DNA from: Vicugna vicugna
Lineage: Eukaryota
Direction: 5' to 3'
DNA: 62,000 nt
Assembly (NCBI GenBank): GCA_013265495.1
Contig: MU058557.1
Coordinates: 186,001 to 248,000 of the forward strand
Both the position numbers and the translations under genes were made by a program. The notes below the pieces were generated by a model that saw only the letters and a program-made list of their open reading frames with translations, was not told the origin of the DNA and searched no databases. Below are positions 41,101 to 53,493 of the stretch, piece by piece (the stretch's first letter is position 1; each line of letters begins with the position of its first letter).

Positions 41101-42799
41101 CTCCTGCAGAGCCTGGCTTCTCGGTCCACAAAGCGCAGAACACTGGGCACCACCTCCCTCCAGCGGCAGGCGGGCAGTGCGGGCTGGAGACACTTGTGGA
41201 TGGAAAGGGCTGGACTAGAAACTCTGTCCTCCAGGACAGGGATGTCCTCTCCACGCATCACAGCCTTTTGCAAAGTCCTCCTTGGCTGAGGACGCATCCG
41301 TGACAACCCGCCTCCAGGGCAGCAGGGAGCCCAGCTGCTAAATAGGCTCACAGGCTATTTTTAGGGCAACTGCCAGTGCCCCATCTAGCCACCACTGAGC
41401 AACCAGCACAGGCAGCTGGGAGGGGCCAGCTGCTCATGCACCCTCCACCCTCTGCATCCTGGAGTCCAAAATACTCAGCGCCAGCAGCAGCGACAACTGT
41501 GAGCTGATCTCTAACGAGACCCGAAGCGCAGGGGCCGTCTGGGACGTCTGATGGGACTCAAGTCATGCGGCAGGAGGGCACGCTGGATTGGGGGGCCAGG
41601 GTGGAGCTGCGGCACCAGCCCACATGGTGCTGGGGTGCTCCCCACCCTGCCGTTCCCTTCCCACCTGCCCCTGAACACCCCATCTCTGCGAGGGGTCATT
41701 CTGGCCAAGCCCTGTGATGCCTGGACTTCCGAAGGAGCCTCGAGATCAGACTTGCTGCCTCCACATGCCCATCACAGCGCAGAAAGACTCCTGTCATTTC
41801 TCCAGACTGGCCCCCCTCCTCATCTGACTCCCCGGGAGGAAGCGGGGGGCCTCGTTTTGCAGTCCAGACCCCAGGAAGAGAGAAGCAGGCAGTGGAGCGA
41901 CTCGGGGGCCCTCCTAGCCATCCGCAGGCCACTAAGCACCAAGTGAGGCGGCACCTGCCGGGAACAGCTGCCTCCTTCCACACAAGAGCCAGCTCAGGAA
42001 GACAGGGTGCTCATGGCACGAGCCCACGGAGCTCTGGGCACCTGCAGACCCCTCCAGGTGTCGTCCAGGTGTGCGCTGGGGCTCCGGGCCGCCCAAGCGG
42101 CCAGGCCTCCAGAGACGCCCCGCCCCCGGGCCTGGATGGCCGAGGTCAGAGTCATCAGCCTCTCCCCCGACGCAGCCCTCATCCGGCAGAAGGAGCCCAC
42201 TCTCAAAGCCCTGCACCAGCTTCCCAGCCCACCTCCCACTGTGCACACGTCCAGCCCACCGCCCAACCAGCACTGCTCCCGAACACACACCTGCAAAACG
42301 GAGGAGTGACCTCCCCGTGCTCCCGAGCACAGCATCCTGCTCGACACCAGGCCTGCCGCCAAGCAGCTGCCCACAGACCCTCCTGAAGGCTGGGGTGCAG
42401 TGGGCCGTGGACAGAAGCAGAAAGGAAGGCTGCGAACTGGCCCTCGGTCCGCCTCCGTGGACACCAGAGGGAAGGGCGACCGCACGTCCAGTCGTGTTCT
42501 GGCCAAGAGGAGGCAGACGGGGCAGAGGCCCCACCAGAAGAAAAAATGCCTGAGAACTTTCTGGAACTAATGAGAATCATCAACCCACCAAGTCAGAGAG
42601 TCCAGTGACCCCCACTCGGGCCCAAGAAGAGCAATCGCACCTGCACGCAGCTGGGGGTCGGGGGGGGGTGCTGCACCACCTCCGGCGGGAAGTCAGGCCT
42701 CACACCAGCCGCGTGCGACACAGGAAGGCCTCCCCGTAGCAGAGCCAAGCGCCAGCTCAGGGCAGATGCCGCCCAGCTCCACAACCCGCAGGACAACCT

Positions 42800-44720
42800 C
42801 CAGGCCCAGGGCAGACGTTTTCAGATCCGTTGAAAGAACGGTTACCTGCAGACGCTCAGTAAAGGGAACCTAGAGGTGAGCTTTCAGACAGAAAGAGGGG
42901 GAACGATGCCAAGTCCTGAGACGAGAAGAACGAAGAAACACAGTGAGGAGCTTGAGGTTAACCAAGTATTAACAACACAAAGCAGTAAGAGGAGCCCCAC
43001 ACGGGCTTAAAATGCAGACAGACGAACCACTAAGCCAGGTCAGCTGAGCGCGGACGGGCTGCGGCAGAACGATGCGCTCTCGGGTCCCAGTCGCTCAGGG
43101 GAAGCACGGCGAGGCCCGCAGCGCGAAAGCACGCACCAGTTACCCGGCGACCCCCGGCCAGTGACACGGCGACCAGCGCCAAAGGGGTGGGGGAGAGGGA
43201 GGAAGAAAGAAAGTCAACGCACCGTAAAGTACGACAAAAGAGAGGAGTAAACGCGAACAGTGTAGGGACAGCAATCAGCGCAGACACAGAGCGGCGGCCA
43301 TGGCCCGGCGGCAGTAACTCACACAAACGACAGCGGCCGAGTGCCTCGTTTAAAAACAGGGCTTGTCAGACGGAATGAACGAGCTCCAGCCCACGCCGAA
43401 CAGCCGAAGACGCAGTTGTTGGCATGTGAGGACACAGGAGAGCTTAAAGAAGGAAGGTGGGGAGAGCTGTGACAGGCAAACAGTCTCCGAGAGGAAGCCG
43501 GGATGGAGAGCCACGCTGCTGTCAGACCCGCGGCCCAGAGCAGACAGGCCCGCCGCCACCGCGCTGCCCGAGTGCCCGGGGGAGGAGGCAGACCTGAGCC
43601 CGCGGACAGCGCGCCGCTGCTGGCCAGGCCCGCGCTCCTCCTCAGCGCAGGCGGAGCGCGTCCCGGCCCTGACTTCAGACCCAGCCACGGAGCCAGGTCC
43701 GAAGAGCTGCGAGGACCCCGCGTCGCCCTGACTCGCCACCTTCTCTGACAACAGCACAGCCGAGTTAGAGTAATGGGAAAAAGGGAAGAAATGGATTCCA
43801 CGACCGAAAATAATGAGGGAGAAACCCCATGTTTGGATACCAAGAAACTCTGAAATATCCCATATGTTTAAGAAAGAATAACGGAAAATTTTCAAAACAT
43901 GTTGAACTGAACAATTCTACATTTAGTAACAGCTTGGGAAATGCAGCCGAAGCATTACTGACTCCGCAGCTATAAAGTCTTACGTGAGAGGAAAGAAGGA
44001 AAAAAATAATGAGCTATGCATCCCTCTAAAGAAATTAGAACAAGAATAGCAAAGTACAGCTAAGGAGCATGAATGAAGGAAATAAAGATAAGGACAAATA
44101 TTCATTCTCAAAAAATGGACAGACCACTGGTGAGACAGGTCAGAGCGCAGCTGTCCACCTGCACAAATGCTCAACGTAAAGCATTAAAACGGGACAGCTC
44201 TATAGCGCCCACAGAACTAAAAAAAAAAGAATACGAGAAACAACTTTATGCCAATAAACTTGAAAAGCTGGACAAAATGGACAAATTCCCCCAAAATTGT
44301 ATTTCCAAAACTAACTCAAGGTGGCGGAAGTGTCCTACAACCATGAAGGACATTGAATCAAGAGGCAGGTGTACCTCCCCCAAAGCGACTCGGAGTTCAG
44401 GTCACTGTGCAGGTGACTTCTCCCAAACAGCCAAGGAACGAACAGCCCCAGTTTCACACACACAACGCCGTGGAAGAGCTCATTCCACAGGGTGTCTTGG
44501 CACCAAAATTTGATTAGGGCGGCAGCTGAGCAGATTCAGACCCTAGACAGAGATGCAAAGTCCTAAACAAAACCTTAACCTAGACCTACCAGTGTACAGG
44601 AGGGTAACAGGGCAAGACCACGCTGGAACGTTTCCAAGAGTGAAAGGTTTAACTCTGGATGGTCCCCTGGTGTCACTGACTGCACCAGCGATTACAAGAA
44701 GGACCACGGCAAGCTCTTAG
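42800..44720 (+). mobile_element. Ancient L1 ORF2 relic, partly GC-shifted
   Basis: ORF 44073-44513 contains YEKQLYANKLEKLDKMDKF (L1 ORF2); agatgcaaagtcctaaacaaaa. Boundaries approximate. Confidence 0.75.
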
Positions 44721-47700
44721 GTTCTGGTGACGTCCAGCATCCACGCACAGAACGGACAGACTGACACCCGAAGGAGAAATCTCACAAGGCCATGAGAATG
44801 GCTACACGTAAACGTGGCAGGGATGGCTGGCAGCCACAGGACGGGCCACACATCAGAAAGCTGGCAGCTTCTTGCAGAGCGGACACACCCCGCCTCCCCA
44901 TGAACAGATCGCTCGTTCCTGAAGAGAAGTGGACACATGGCCCCCAAGCCCCGAACCCAGATGGCCACGGCGGCTCTGAACACATCAGCCCCGGACGCCC
45001 ACCAACGGCAGGTTCGAAGCTCAGGTGTACGGTCTGTTCCTACAACAGACACCCCGCAACAGGAGAGGGAATCATGGGTCGCCGCGGGTGGCGCCCAGAG
45101 CACACAGCTGCCAGGACCCACGCGCCCAGCCGAGGACCCTTCCGCAAGCAGGACCCAGACCTCCACGACCTCCCTCTTTGGGCAGAGGACGTGGACAGGC
45201 AGTGGCAGAAGGGTGTTAGTGAGCAATGGCACATGCAGAGGTGTCCGAGCTCACAAAACCCACAAACCTCAAAGGGAAGAGGAATCAAGCAGGAAGAGCA
45301 AGGGTCCAAAGTAACCAGACCCACTGAAGTCTGGGGGTCGGGGCACAGGAGGCCGATCCGGGAATGCCAGCAGAGGGACACGGACCAGAAGCCGCCGTGA
45401 CGGGGAGGTCACCAGGCAGTGGCGCTGTCTGGAACGGATCCCTCTAGGACGTCCAGGAAACGGAGGCCTGCCTCCTCATGTCAGCCCCGCAGGCCTGGCT
45501 GGAGCTCCCGGGAAGAGCTCAGGGCTCTCCCGCCACCATGGGAAGGAGAGAGCAGGAAACAAGACTGAGACCAAAGCCAGCATCCTCGAGAGGAACCGCA
45601 GCCTTCCCCAAGACAGGCAAAACACGCATATCATCAGAAGAGGGCGGTTTCAATACAGCCAGCGGAGAAAGGGTTACCGTCTCCGAAAAGCTGCTGAGAG
45701 TCCAGTAGGGGGACAAACAAAGGAGAAAAAATTTCGGCAAAAGAGATGAACAGGAATTTGGCTTACGAGGAAGTACAAGTGGCCTGTGTTAGTAATCAGA
45801 GAAATTCAAATTAAAACCACAATACCGTTTCACACCCACCAAGCTGGCAACAGTTGGAAGTCAGGCTGTGCTGCCGAGAAGCGGGGGCGGTGGGCACGCG
45901 GGGGGTGGGGGGTCCGGCTGGCAGGAGCACCCTGGGAACCCTCCTGGTAGTAAGCTGCCCTAGCAGCACAGCAGGGGCTCCCAACAGAGGAGGCTCGAGA
46001 ACGCCCACAGGGCACGTCCGGCCCAAACCTGGAAGCAGCCACAGGTCCCCTGACAGAGCACAGACTCGAGCTGTTGCCTTACAGGGGCCACCACACATCA
46101 GCTCCATGCCGCTCAGAAACGCACAGACTGGGCAAGAGTGAGCCGTGCAGACCAACGAAGAGTGGGGTCCCTTTTATGTAGTCTCCAAACGAGCAGAACA
46201 AACAACAGCCCAGAGGCAGAGCAGGGACCTTGCCAGGGAGGGGGGCTGCACCGGGACAGGCAGGTGGCATTCGTATAACCGCTCGCTGTTCTGTTTGTTC
46301 TACCCCGAAGCTCTTCACCCACCCAACACCCACAGAACCGCCAACACCCAGTACTGTCCAGCCCAGCCCCTGACATCCTGCCCCACGTCCTCCCCATCAC
46401 ACCAGAGTGGACTGCCTAGACCAGCTCCATGGGGGGGCTTGCAGGACCCCTCAGTGCATCCCCCGCCCGCGGGCCACTTCCTCCAGTGAAAGTTTCGGTG
46501 GAGCCTCTGGGGGGCACTGGCCAAGAGGGGCAAGAGTGCCCTCAAGGAGCGAAGTGAGAGGGCAGCCAGCCCAAGAGGGCCGGGGTGGGGGTGGGGATGA
46601 TGCCGGGGGGAACAGACAGGAGGAGCACGGGGGTGTCCAGGATGACCCTGGGCTATGGGGCCCGACACTGGGCCAAGTGCCCAGATGGGAAGGGGAGAGG
46701 AACCAGGCCCGGGGAGGGGTTTCTGAGCTCCCCTCAAGGCCTGGAGACTTCCCGAGAAGAGGCAAGCAGGTGGGTCTGAAGTCCTCGGCCCCAAACCCTG
46801 GCCAACACTGACCCTCAGGTCTCAGGTGGACACTGCATCCTCGGGGAGGCCCCAGCCATGTCTGGGAGCACCCACCCACTCCACTCGGCACAGCCGACGC
46901 CCTGAGCTGCCAGCCCTGCGCTCCGGGAGGGCAGACCCTGGAGCCCCTACCACGGGTTCACACACCTGTTGAAGGAGCAGGGCAGACGGTGCGGGAACCC
47001 CTGTCCACACACGCTGGCCACTTCCTCTGGTCCCACCAGCAGGTCTCCCAAGGGACAGCTCCTCCTTGTAGCCCACCTGCAGCCCTCCCGGCCCCGCGAC
47101 TATCCCAGAACCAGGCCCCAGGGTGGGTCTCTCACCCTCAACCTCAGAGCTTCCTGAGCAGGGACCACTGAGTCAGGAAGAAACCTGCAGAGCTTAAAGC
47201 TGACAGGAGAGACAGGGAGACTGCAGGTCTGGGTAGAGTTGGGATGGCCACAGCACTGGCCTGGGGGTGAACTTGGTCCAGCTGTCACCACTAGGGACTG
47301 AGCGCTTCCCCACCAAATGGAGAGGGCAGTGACTTTTGCGGTGCCAAAATTAACAGCATGAAGCAAAGAGCAGTGTTTATGTACAAGGAAGTCCCTAAAT
47401 CACAAAGCACGGTGCCAACAGGTAAAGGGTGGCCACCCCGCCAGCACGGCAGCAGGGGCAGAGCCAGTCCCTTAAAAGGAGGAAGGATGAAGGCGCACAA
47501 TCACGGTCCCAGGTCCCAGATTTGTGTGTCCTCTGGGCACTGCGTGCCCTGAGATTGACTCCAGGCCGCTCCAGCTTGGCAGCATGGCCACACGCGAAAG
47601 GAGATCTATGGAACCGGCGGAGAGAGGAGACACTAAGTCATCTCCACCGGCACCGCATCGGTAGGCAAGTGCAACGATGCCAGCTGGGAGCCAACCAGGT

Positions 47701-47849
47701 GAGCAGCTGGGACAGCCTCGGGGGACCGCAGGGCCTGAGAAACCCGGCGCGATTCTTCCGCTGCACGGGACGCGGAGCTCAGGGACCATCCTCGCCTCAG
47801 GGGCTGCTCGCAGGGAAGGCGCGTGCCCGAAGTGAGGCGCAAAGGTGAC

Positions 47850-48065
47850 GGCCGGGGTGGGGATCCCGGAGTGGATGGCTCGGGTGCAGGCCCCGGGTGG
47901 GGGGGCCTGGGGTGGACGGTCCCCGATGGGGGTCCCACGGTGAACGATCCCGGCTGGGGATCCTGGAATGGACGGCCCCGGGTGCAGGTCCCGGGGTGGG
48001 CGGTCCCGGGTGCAGGCCCCGACGGGGGCCCGGGCGCGAGGTCCCCGGTGGCCGATCCCGGGTGG
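47850..48065. repeat. Degenerate GC-rich tandem repeat at the start of intron 1
   Basis: cgggtgcagg[c/t]ccc recurs at about 47881, 47979 and 48007, with interspersed cccggggtgg and gatcccg units. Confidence 0.7.
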
Positions 48066-48112
48066 CCGGCAGGTGCGCGAGGGAACAAAGCGGCGGGCGG
48101 GCGGCGGCGTAC

Positions 48113-48231
48113 CTGGGCACGCAGCTGGGGCTGGAGCCGTCCACTTCCCAGGTGGCGAACAGGTTCATGGGCACCGGCGTGTTGAGCGCGGCGGGCGGGC
48201 CGGCCAGGCCCAGGCGGCCCGGCTCGGCCAT
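48113..48231 (-). CDS. PACS2: PACS2 exon 1 coding part (119 nt)
   Basis: ATG at 48231-48229 in strong Kozak context gccggcgccATGg; encodes MAEPGRL...PSCVP(R); donor AG|gtacgc. Confidence 0.97.
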
Positions 48232-48259
48232 GGCGCCGGCCCCGCCGCTCCCTCGGCGG

Positions 48260-48319
48260 NNNNNNNNNNNNNNNNNNNNNNNNNNNNNNNNNNNNNNNNN
48301 NNNNNNNNNNNNNNNNNNN
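48260..48319. other. Assembly gap (60 N) in the PACS2 5' UTR/TSS region
   Basis: Run of n characters. Confidence 1.
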
Positions 48320-48354
48320 GGACAGGCCCGCGGGCGGTGACCAGGCTGCGGCCG

Positions 48355-48605
48355 CCCCGCCCCGCCCCGCCCGCGCGCGCCCCCGCTGCGCGCTCCCTTC
48401 TCCGACCGCGCCGCCGCCGCCGATTGGCTGGGCGTGCGTGCGCTCGCCTCCTCGGTCCCAATGGCGGACCGCGGTGCGCTCACCGGAAGTGAGGTTCGCG
48501 CGCCCCCTCCCGCGGGGGCCGGGGGAGGTGTCCCCGCCCGCGGCCCGCGGGAGCGCGCGTCTGCGCCTGCGCAAGGCCCCGCCCCGCGTGCCGCGCCCCG
48601 CCCCC
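48355..48605. promoter_or_regulatory. TATA-less proximal promoter motif cluster
   Basis: GC boxes (CCCCGCCCC at about 48355-48372, 48577 and 48596); CCAAT on minus at 48423-48427 and on plus at 48458-48462; YY1-like ATGGCGG 48461-48467; ETS/GABPA ACCGGAAGTG 48482-48491; NRF1-like TGCGCCTGCGCA 48562-48573. Confidence 0.8.
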
Positions 48606-50159
48606 TGGGGGAGGCTGGGAGGGACTGGGAGAGACCCCTAGGGTCCGCCTGCCGCCCAACACCCCGCGAGATCCCCAGGGAGCGCTTATTGTCCCCCTGT
48701 GTCTGCCGGGACTCTGCGCGTCCACCGCCTCCCGGTATCCTGCGCATCCTCCGAGTCTCCTCCCGTCCGCGCACTCCCCGTGTCCCTAGGCGCCGTCCTG
48801 TCCCCTGCAGTCCCCTGTGTCCCCCGCACCGACCCCTAGACCAACGGGCCCTTGCTCCTCTCGTGTCCCCCGGAGCCTCGCCCACCACTTGAACTCTCCT
48901 TGTCCCACCACGGTCTCCTTGTACCCTTCCCTGCACCGATTCCCTTGGCAGACCGCCGGATTGGGCGTGAAGCAGGAGGACCAGGGTCGCGGGCGGCACA
49001 GCCCCCTTGCCCCCTGCCCCCAAGGGGTTCCCGCCTGCGGACCCACTGGGGTGCCCCACAGGCTCACTGTGGAGGCTGGTCCTCCACAAATCCCCTCTGG
49101 AGTGTCCTTTTTCTGCCTGAGCCTCCTTATTATCCAGCAATGCCCTTTCTGCGGTTTGTACACATGACAATGAACAAGAAGTCTGGGGTCGGTGGTGGTT
49201 CCAGGCCTTGGGGCTGCACAGTGAACTTGAGGACCCAGGCCAGGAGGAGGCAATGACCAGAGCTACCCGCCCGCTGGACTCACAGGGCAGGGAGGGTCTG
49301 AAAAGACCCTAGGAAAGAACATCTAGGTTTGGGGCCCAAGGAGGTGCCCCCTCCCCCTATCCTTTAGGCGGTGGTTCTGGCAGTCACCAGATCTGCTGTT
49401 GAGGGTTAGGAGAAGCTTTTCTGGCATCTCTTCTGTTTCTTCGTAGCCACAGTATTCGCAGTTGCTTTTCTCTCTGGTTCCTGTCTGGGTCTTGTCTGTT
49501 GAAACAAGCCCAGCCCAGGCAAGCCCACTTTCTCTCCCTGCCCCCTCTTGGAGTTTACCATCCCAGCACCCCTGTTAGCTCTTTCTCCTGCACAAGACCC
49601 CACGCTGGCTCCCTCCTTTGTAAGAGCTTGGCCTCCAGCTATGCCTCCCTATCTGGAGCTGCAAACAGCTGTGGCTGCTTAAAGCCAGGGTGGCACTTTG
49701 GAGAGAACAAGAGAATCTGTGTTCCCCACATGTTCCTGCTCCTTTGGGTGGTACAGCTGAAAGCCACGCGGGGCTGTCTGTCCTCCGCCAGCTGGCTGGG
49801 TATTGTCTTACATGGCCGCCCCTGCCAGGCAGAGTGCCTGTGGGTCTCAAACCTCTGAGATGGGGCGGGGGATGTTCAGAGAGTGGCTGACAGCCCCTGG
49901 GAGGACAGGCGCCCACTGACCTCAGCACTTGGCGTGCTGTGGTGCCGGACGGCGAGAGGTGCGGTGCCCAGAAGAATGGACCACCCTACACTTTGTGTCT
50001 CTGTGCGCCGCCCTCACCCAGGAGAGGAGTACACCGGGGGGATCAGGTGAGGAAATGTGGGGTGACTAAGCTGTGTGCAAGGGGGCTCGACACCAGCTGC
50101 CCGCCACAGTAGAGCTGAATCCCTCCTCTGTACCCAGCACCACTGTGAGCCCTTCATGA

Positions 50160-50285
50160 CGTGACAGCCCTGTCCCACCCCCATTGTACAGATGGGGAAA
50201 CTGAGGTTATGCAGCTACTAAGGAGAGGAGCCAGGGTGTGGGCCCACACAGTCCAGCCCGGAGCTGCCCTGATAACCACTACAGT
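50160..50285 (+). mobile_element. MIR SINE fragment
   Basis: MIR core ccccattgtacagatggggaaactgagg. Confidence 0.75.
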
Positions 50286-53200
50286 GCTAATGTTTAACTC
50301 CTTCTGTGAGGCAGGGGGGGCGGGGACTGGAAATACCCTGTGTGCACTGTACCTGTGACTCTGTTTACATGTGTTTGTTTTTTAATGTGGGACCATATAG
50401 ACACCAAAATGTTAGTGGTGGAGAGTCAGAGGGGACAGGTACCACTTTGGTGATCAGAGTCCTATTTTGGCCAGAGCCTGTTACAGACGTTGCCACCATC
50501 TGTATTTGAAAGTGACTCTGTGTTTGTCTTTCTCCTGTGGACTTGGGGGTCCCAGGATGAGTGCCCTGAAAGCTGGAAGGACGCCACTCCAAATGGTGCA
50601 GTGACACACAAACCCCAAGTGTCTGGAGCACATCTGCTCTTTCTGTCGGCTGTTTCTTTAAAACAGGAACTTGGTTAAAGAGAAACTTCTCTGGACAACA
50701 GAGGCTGCGTAGTTGGGAAGGAAGCAGAGAGGGCTGTCCAGAGCCCTGGGGTCCCAGGAGGGGTCCCTGAAAACCTTCGCTGAGGATCTGACAGTGCACC
50801 ACCTGCCTGCCAAGTTTTTCAAATGAATTAAGGCCTCAGATTTCGAATAGTGTAGTAAGACTCCCGCTGTGTGGAAGGCCCCCCCCATACCCAGATGATG
50901 AGATGCATGGAGGCTGGCAGCCCCTTTCCTGCGGTCCCACCCATCATCGCTGGGTGTCCCTGCACCTGCAAGTCAGGGCTCTAGCGCTCTGGACCTCTGG
51001 CTCTTTGGAAACGCATTCATCTATCCAGCCTGAGTTAAGACAAATCACCCGAGGCGTGGGATGTGATGAGGCCCCAGGCAGGGCGGCCCCCAGGGCCAGG
51101 AGCTCCCCTCCACGCGCAGACACTGCGGGGCTTCAGTCGGTCAGGAACCATGGTGCCTGTCTTCCCGTACCTGGAGCACCTCGGGCTGGTGCGCGCAGAG
51201 CTGGGATAGTGTGTGCTGGCCCGGCCTCCTGCCGCACTCATGTGGGGAGGCCAGCGTGCACCTCTACGCTGTGGCCTGTGGAGTGGCTCCAGCGGGTCAG
51301 ATGAGGGCTGGGGCCTCCAGTGGGACCCGGGCACCGTTCAGCTGGATGGCTCCAGTCTGCTCCAGCCCACAGCTTTGGATGGAGCTGCAGAAACCCCTTG
51401 GATGCAGCCTCTGTCCCATCCATTCCTGTGGGTGGAAGACATCATGGGGCTGAGGCACCACCACTGAGGTAGGGTCAGGGCTCTTTGCACAGAGGACACA
51501 ACAGATCACAAGGAGTGGCCAGGGAGGCAATTGTCTTCCAGGGAAAGGACAGCTGGGACCAGGAATCCAGGAGCCTCCTGGCGCAGGGCAGGGGTGCCGG
51601 GGTCGGGAGCAGGAAGGTGCCTGCAGAGTACCAGCGTCCAGGGTGTGTCCGAGATGCTCTGTGAAGGTGGGAGAGGACCGGGGGCACCTGATACAAGAGC
51701 GACGTGGGATGGGTGGGCTCACCTTGAGGGCACCACCAACACCCCATCCGCTGATGCTCGGCACAGTTCTGGAGGTTCATGGCCACTTCGACAGGCCTGC
51801 CTGCCTTGTTTACCTGTCCCCGCGAGACGAGACCGTGAGCTTCATGAACCGAGACGGTGCCCGGCATCTCCCCTGGGATGCCCTCCATTCGGCTGGCATG
51901 GCACAGGCATTCCCCTGACCGTTCCTGTTGCCTGACCACTAAGGAAGCTAGAAACTCCATCAGGCGTCCCAGGTGACCCTTACAGAGTTCAAACATTTGT
52001 TCATTTAATAAATGATCGTCAGGCCAGTTTGCAACCCTAGGGACACAGAAAAGAAAAAGTGGAGCCCAGTTCTCACCCCTTGCATGCACATTCTCCCAGA
52101 GAGAGAATACGAATAGGTCAGCCAACACACAGAGCCTTGTGCTTCCAGACAGCGGGCGCTGTGCCTGGGACAGGTGGGCGGGAGGGCGGGCTGGGGCTGG
52201 GGACTGAAGGGCTCAGGGAGGGAGCCCCCTGCCGGGATCAGGCTCTGGAGGGGTGGAGTACTCCCAGAGAAGTTGGATCGGGTCTGCCCTCAGGCTGGTT
52301 TGCACTAAAAATTCCTACTCCCCATGTGCTCTGGGAGACCCTAAGCCAAGATGTGATCTCGGAGTTCCAGGTTGGGGGGGTCCTGGGTGGCCAGCGGGGG
52401 GGCAGCACAAGCCCGCCCAGGTGGGCCCCCCTTCAGCCCAGACTGTGCAGGGCTGTGCCCCCAGAGAAAGGCACCCAGGCAGGGGGTGACAGCCCCAGAG
52501 GGGAAAGCCCCCATGGGTTTCAGATTGAAGAACCTCGGATGGTAGAGTTATTACCTACAGACCAAAACACATGTGGGTTCAAAATAAACATGAGGAGGAA
52601 GAACACACTATAAAAACAAAGACCACAGAGGATTTCTATTACAAAAAACGTTTGTAAAGTTCAGAGGGTGGGTGGTAATAGCAGATTAGGTGCAGCTGAA
52701 GACAGAATCGGTGCAGTTGGAGATGGCGTGCTGGAGTCAGCCAGGCCGACAGGCCATGAGACAGGCTGAGAAGGCGCAGACGGCTGAGAAGTTCGAGGGC
52801 GGACATGTGCTCAGAGTCAGGCAGTGTGGAGGCCACCTCGCCAGCGAGAACGCTCGGAGTCGTGCAGCTCCAGGCCTGAGCGTCTTGAGCCAGCGAGCAG
52901 AGGAAACAGCAAGTATAGGGGTCCCACAGCCAGAACTGGAGTCCCTCTGACCCCCAGCAGAGGGTGGAGGGCGGTGGGAGGAGGGAGAGAGGTGCCCAGC
53001 CGGGAGCCCAGCAGCCCCAGGTAGGGGTGGCGGTCTCCAGGCTTATCCTTGCTGTGCTGCGAGAAACCATGGGAGCGTCTGCACGGTGGGGAGAGATGCT
53101 GTGCGTCCTGCTTCTGAAACATGCCTGTTCTGGGGAGACTGGGTCCTGGGGCAGATTGGATGCGGGACACCAGTGGGAGGCACGAGACAAGGTGGGACTG

Positions 53201-53383
53201 GATCACAGGTGGCATGGATGTTGGAGGAAGTCTCTGCAGGATGGGCAAATGGACAGTAAGGACAAATTAGGAGATGGGATGGAGGTGGTGGCTGAATGCC
53301 CTTCGCCACAGGGGAAGGTGACAAGGTTAAGGGGCACAGAGATAGTGTAACATTGATACACAAAGATAATAGTGTATGGGGCA

Positions 53384-53493
53384 GGGGGAGGGAACAGCTC
53401 AGTGGTAGAGCACCTGCTTAGCATGCACGAGGTCCTGGTTCAATGCCCAGTGCCTCGGTTTAAAAATAAAAAAATAAATAGTAAAATAAAATA
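53384..53493 (+). mobile_element. tRNA-derived camelid-type SINE
   Basis: gggggagggaacagctcagtggtagagc..cttagcatgcacgaggtcctggttcaatgccc with A and B boxes and an A-rich tail. Confidence 0.88.

Larger units (their letters stand above)
47700..48800. promoter_or_regulatory. CpG island over the PACS2 promoter and exon 1
   Basis: Very dense CpG and GC content around the start codon; boundaries estimated by eye. Confidence 0.9.

Noticed and set aside
45365..45385. CTCF-like ccagcagagggac, with similar words near 35495 and 52955
   Set aside because: Partial matches that are common by chance in GC-rich sequence.
27400..47600. Many long ORFs in intron 1 (e.g. 30495-31556, 32103-33122, 35786-36871, 38489-39370)
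   Set aside because: Pro/Gly/Ala/Arg-rich, overlapping on both strands, with no recognisable domains; expected from stop-codon scarcity in GC-rich DNA.
47797..49170. 457-aa minus-strand ORF suggesting an extended PACS2 N-terminus
   Set aside because: It runs through the N gap and the promoter; only 48113-48231 matches PACS2 and that ATG has a strong Kozak context.
53384..53460. tRNA gene
   Set aside because: A and B boxes are present, but the cloverleaf is degenerate, there is an A-rich tail and there are several dispersed copies, so it is a SINE.
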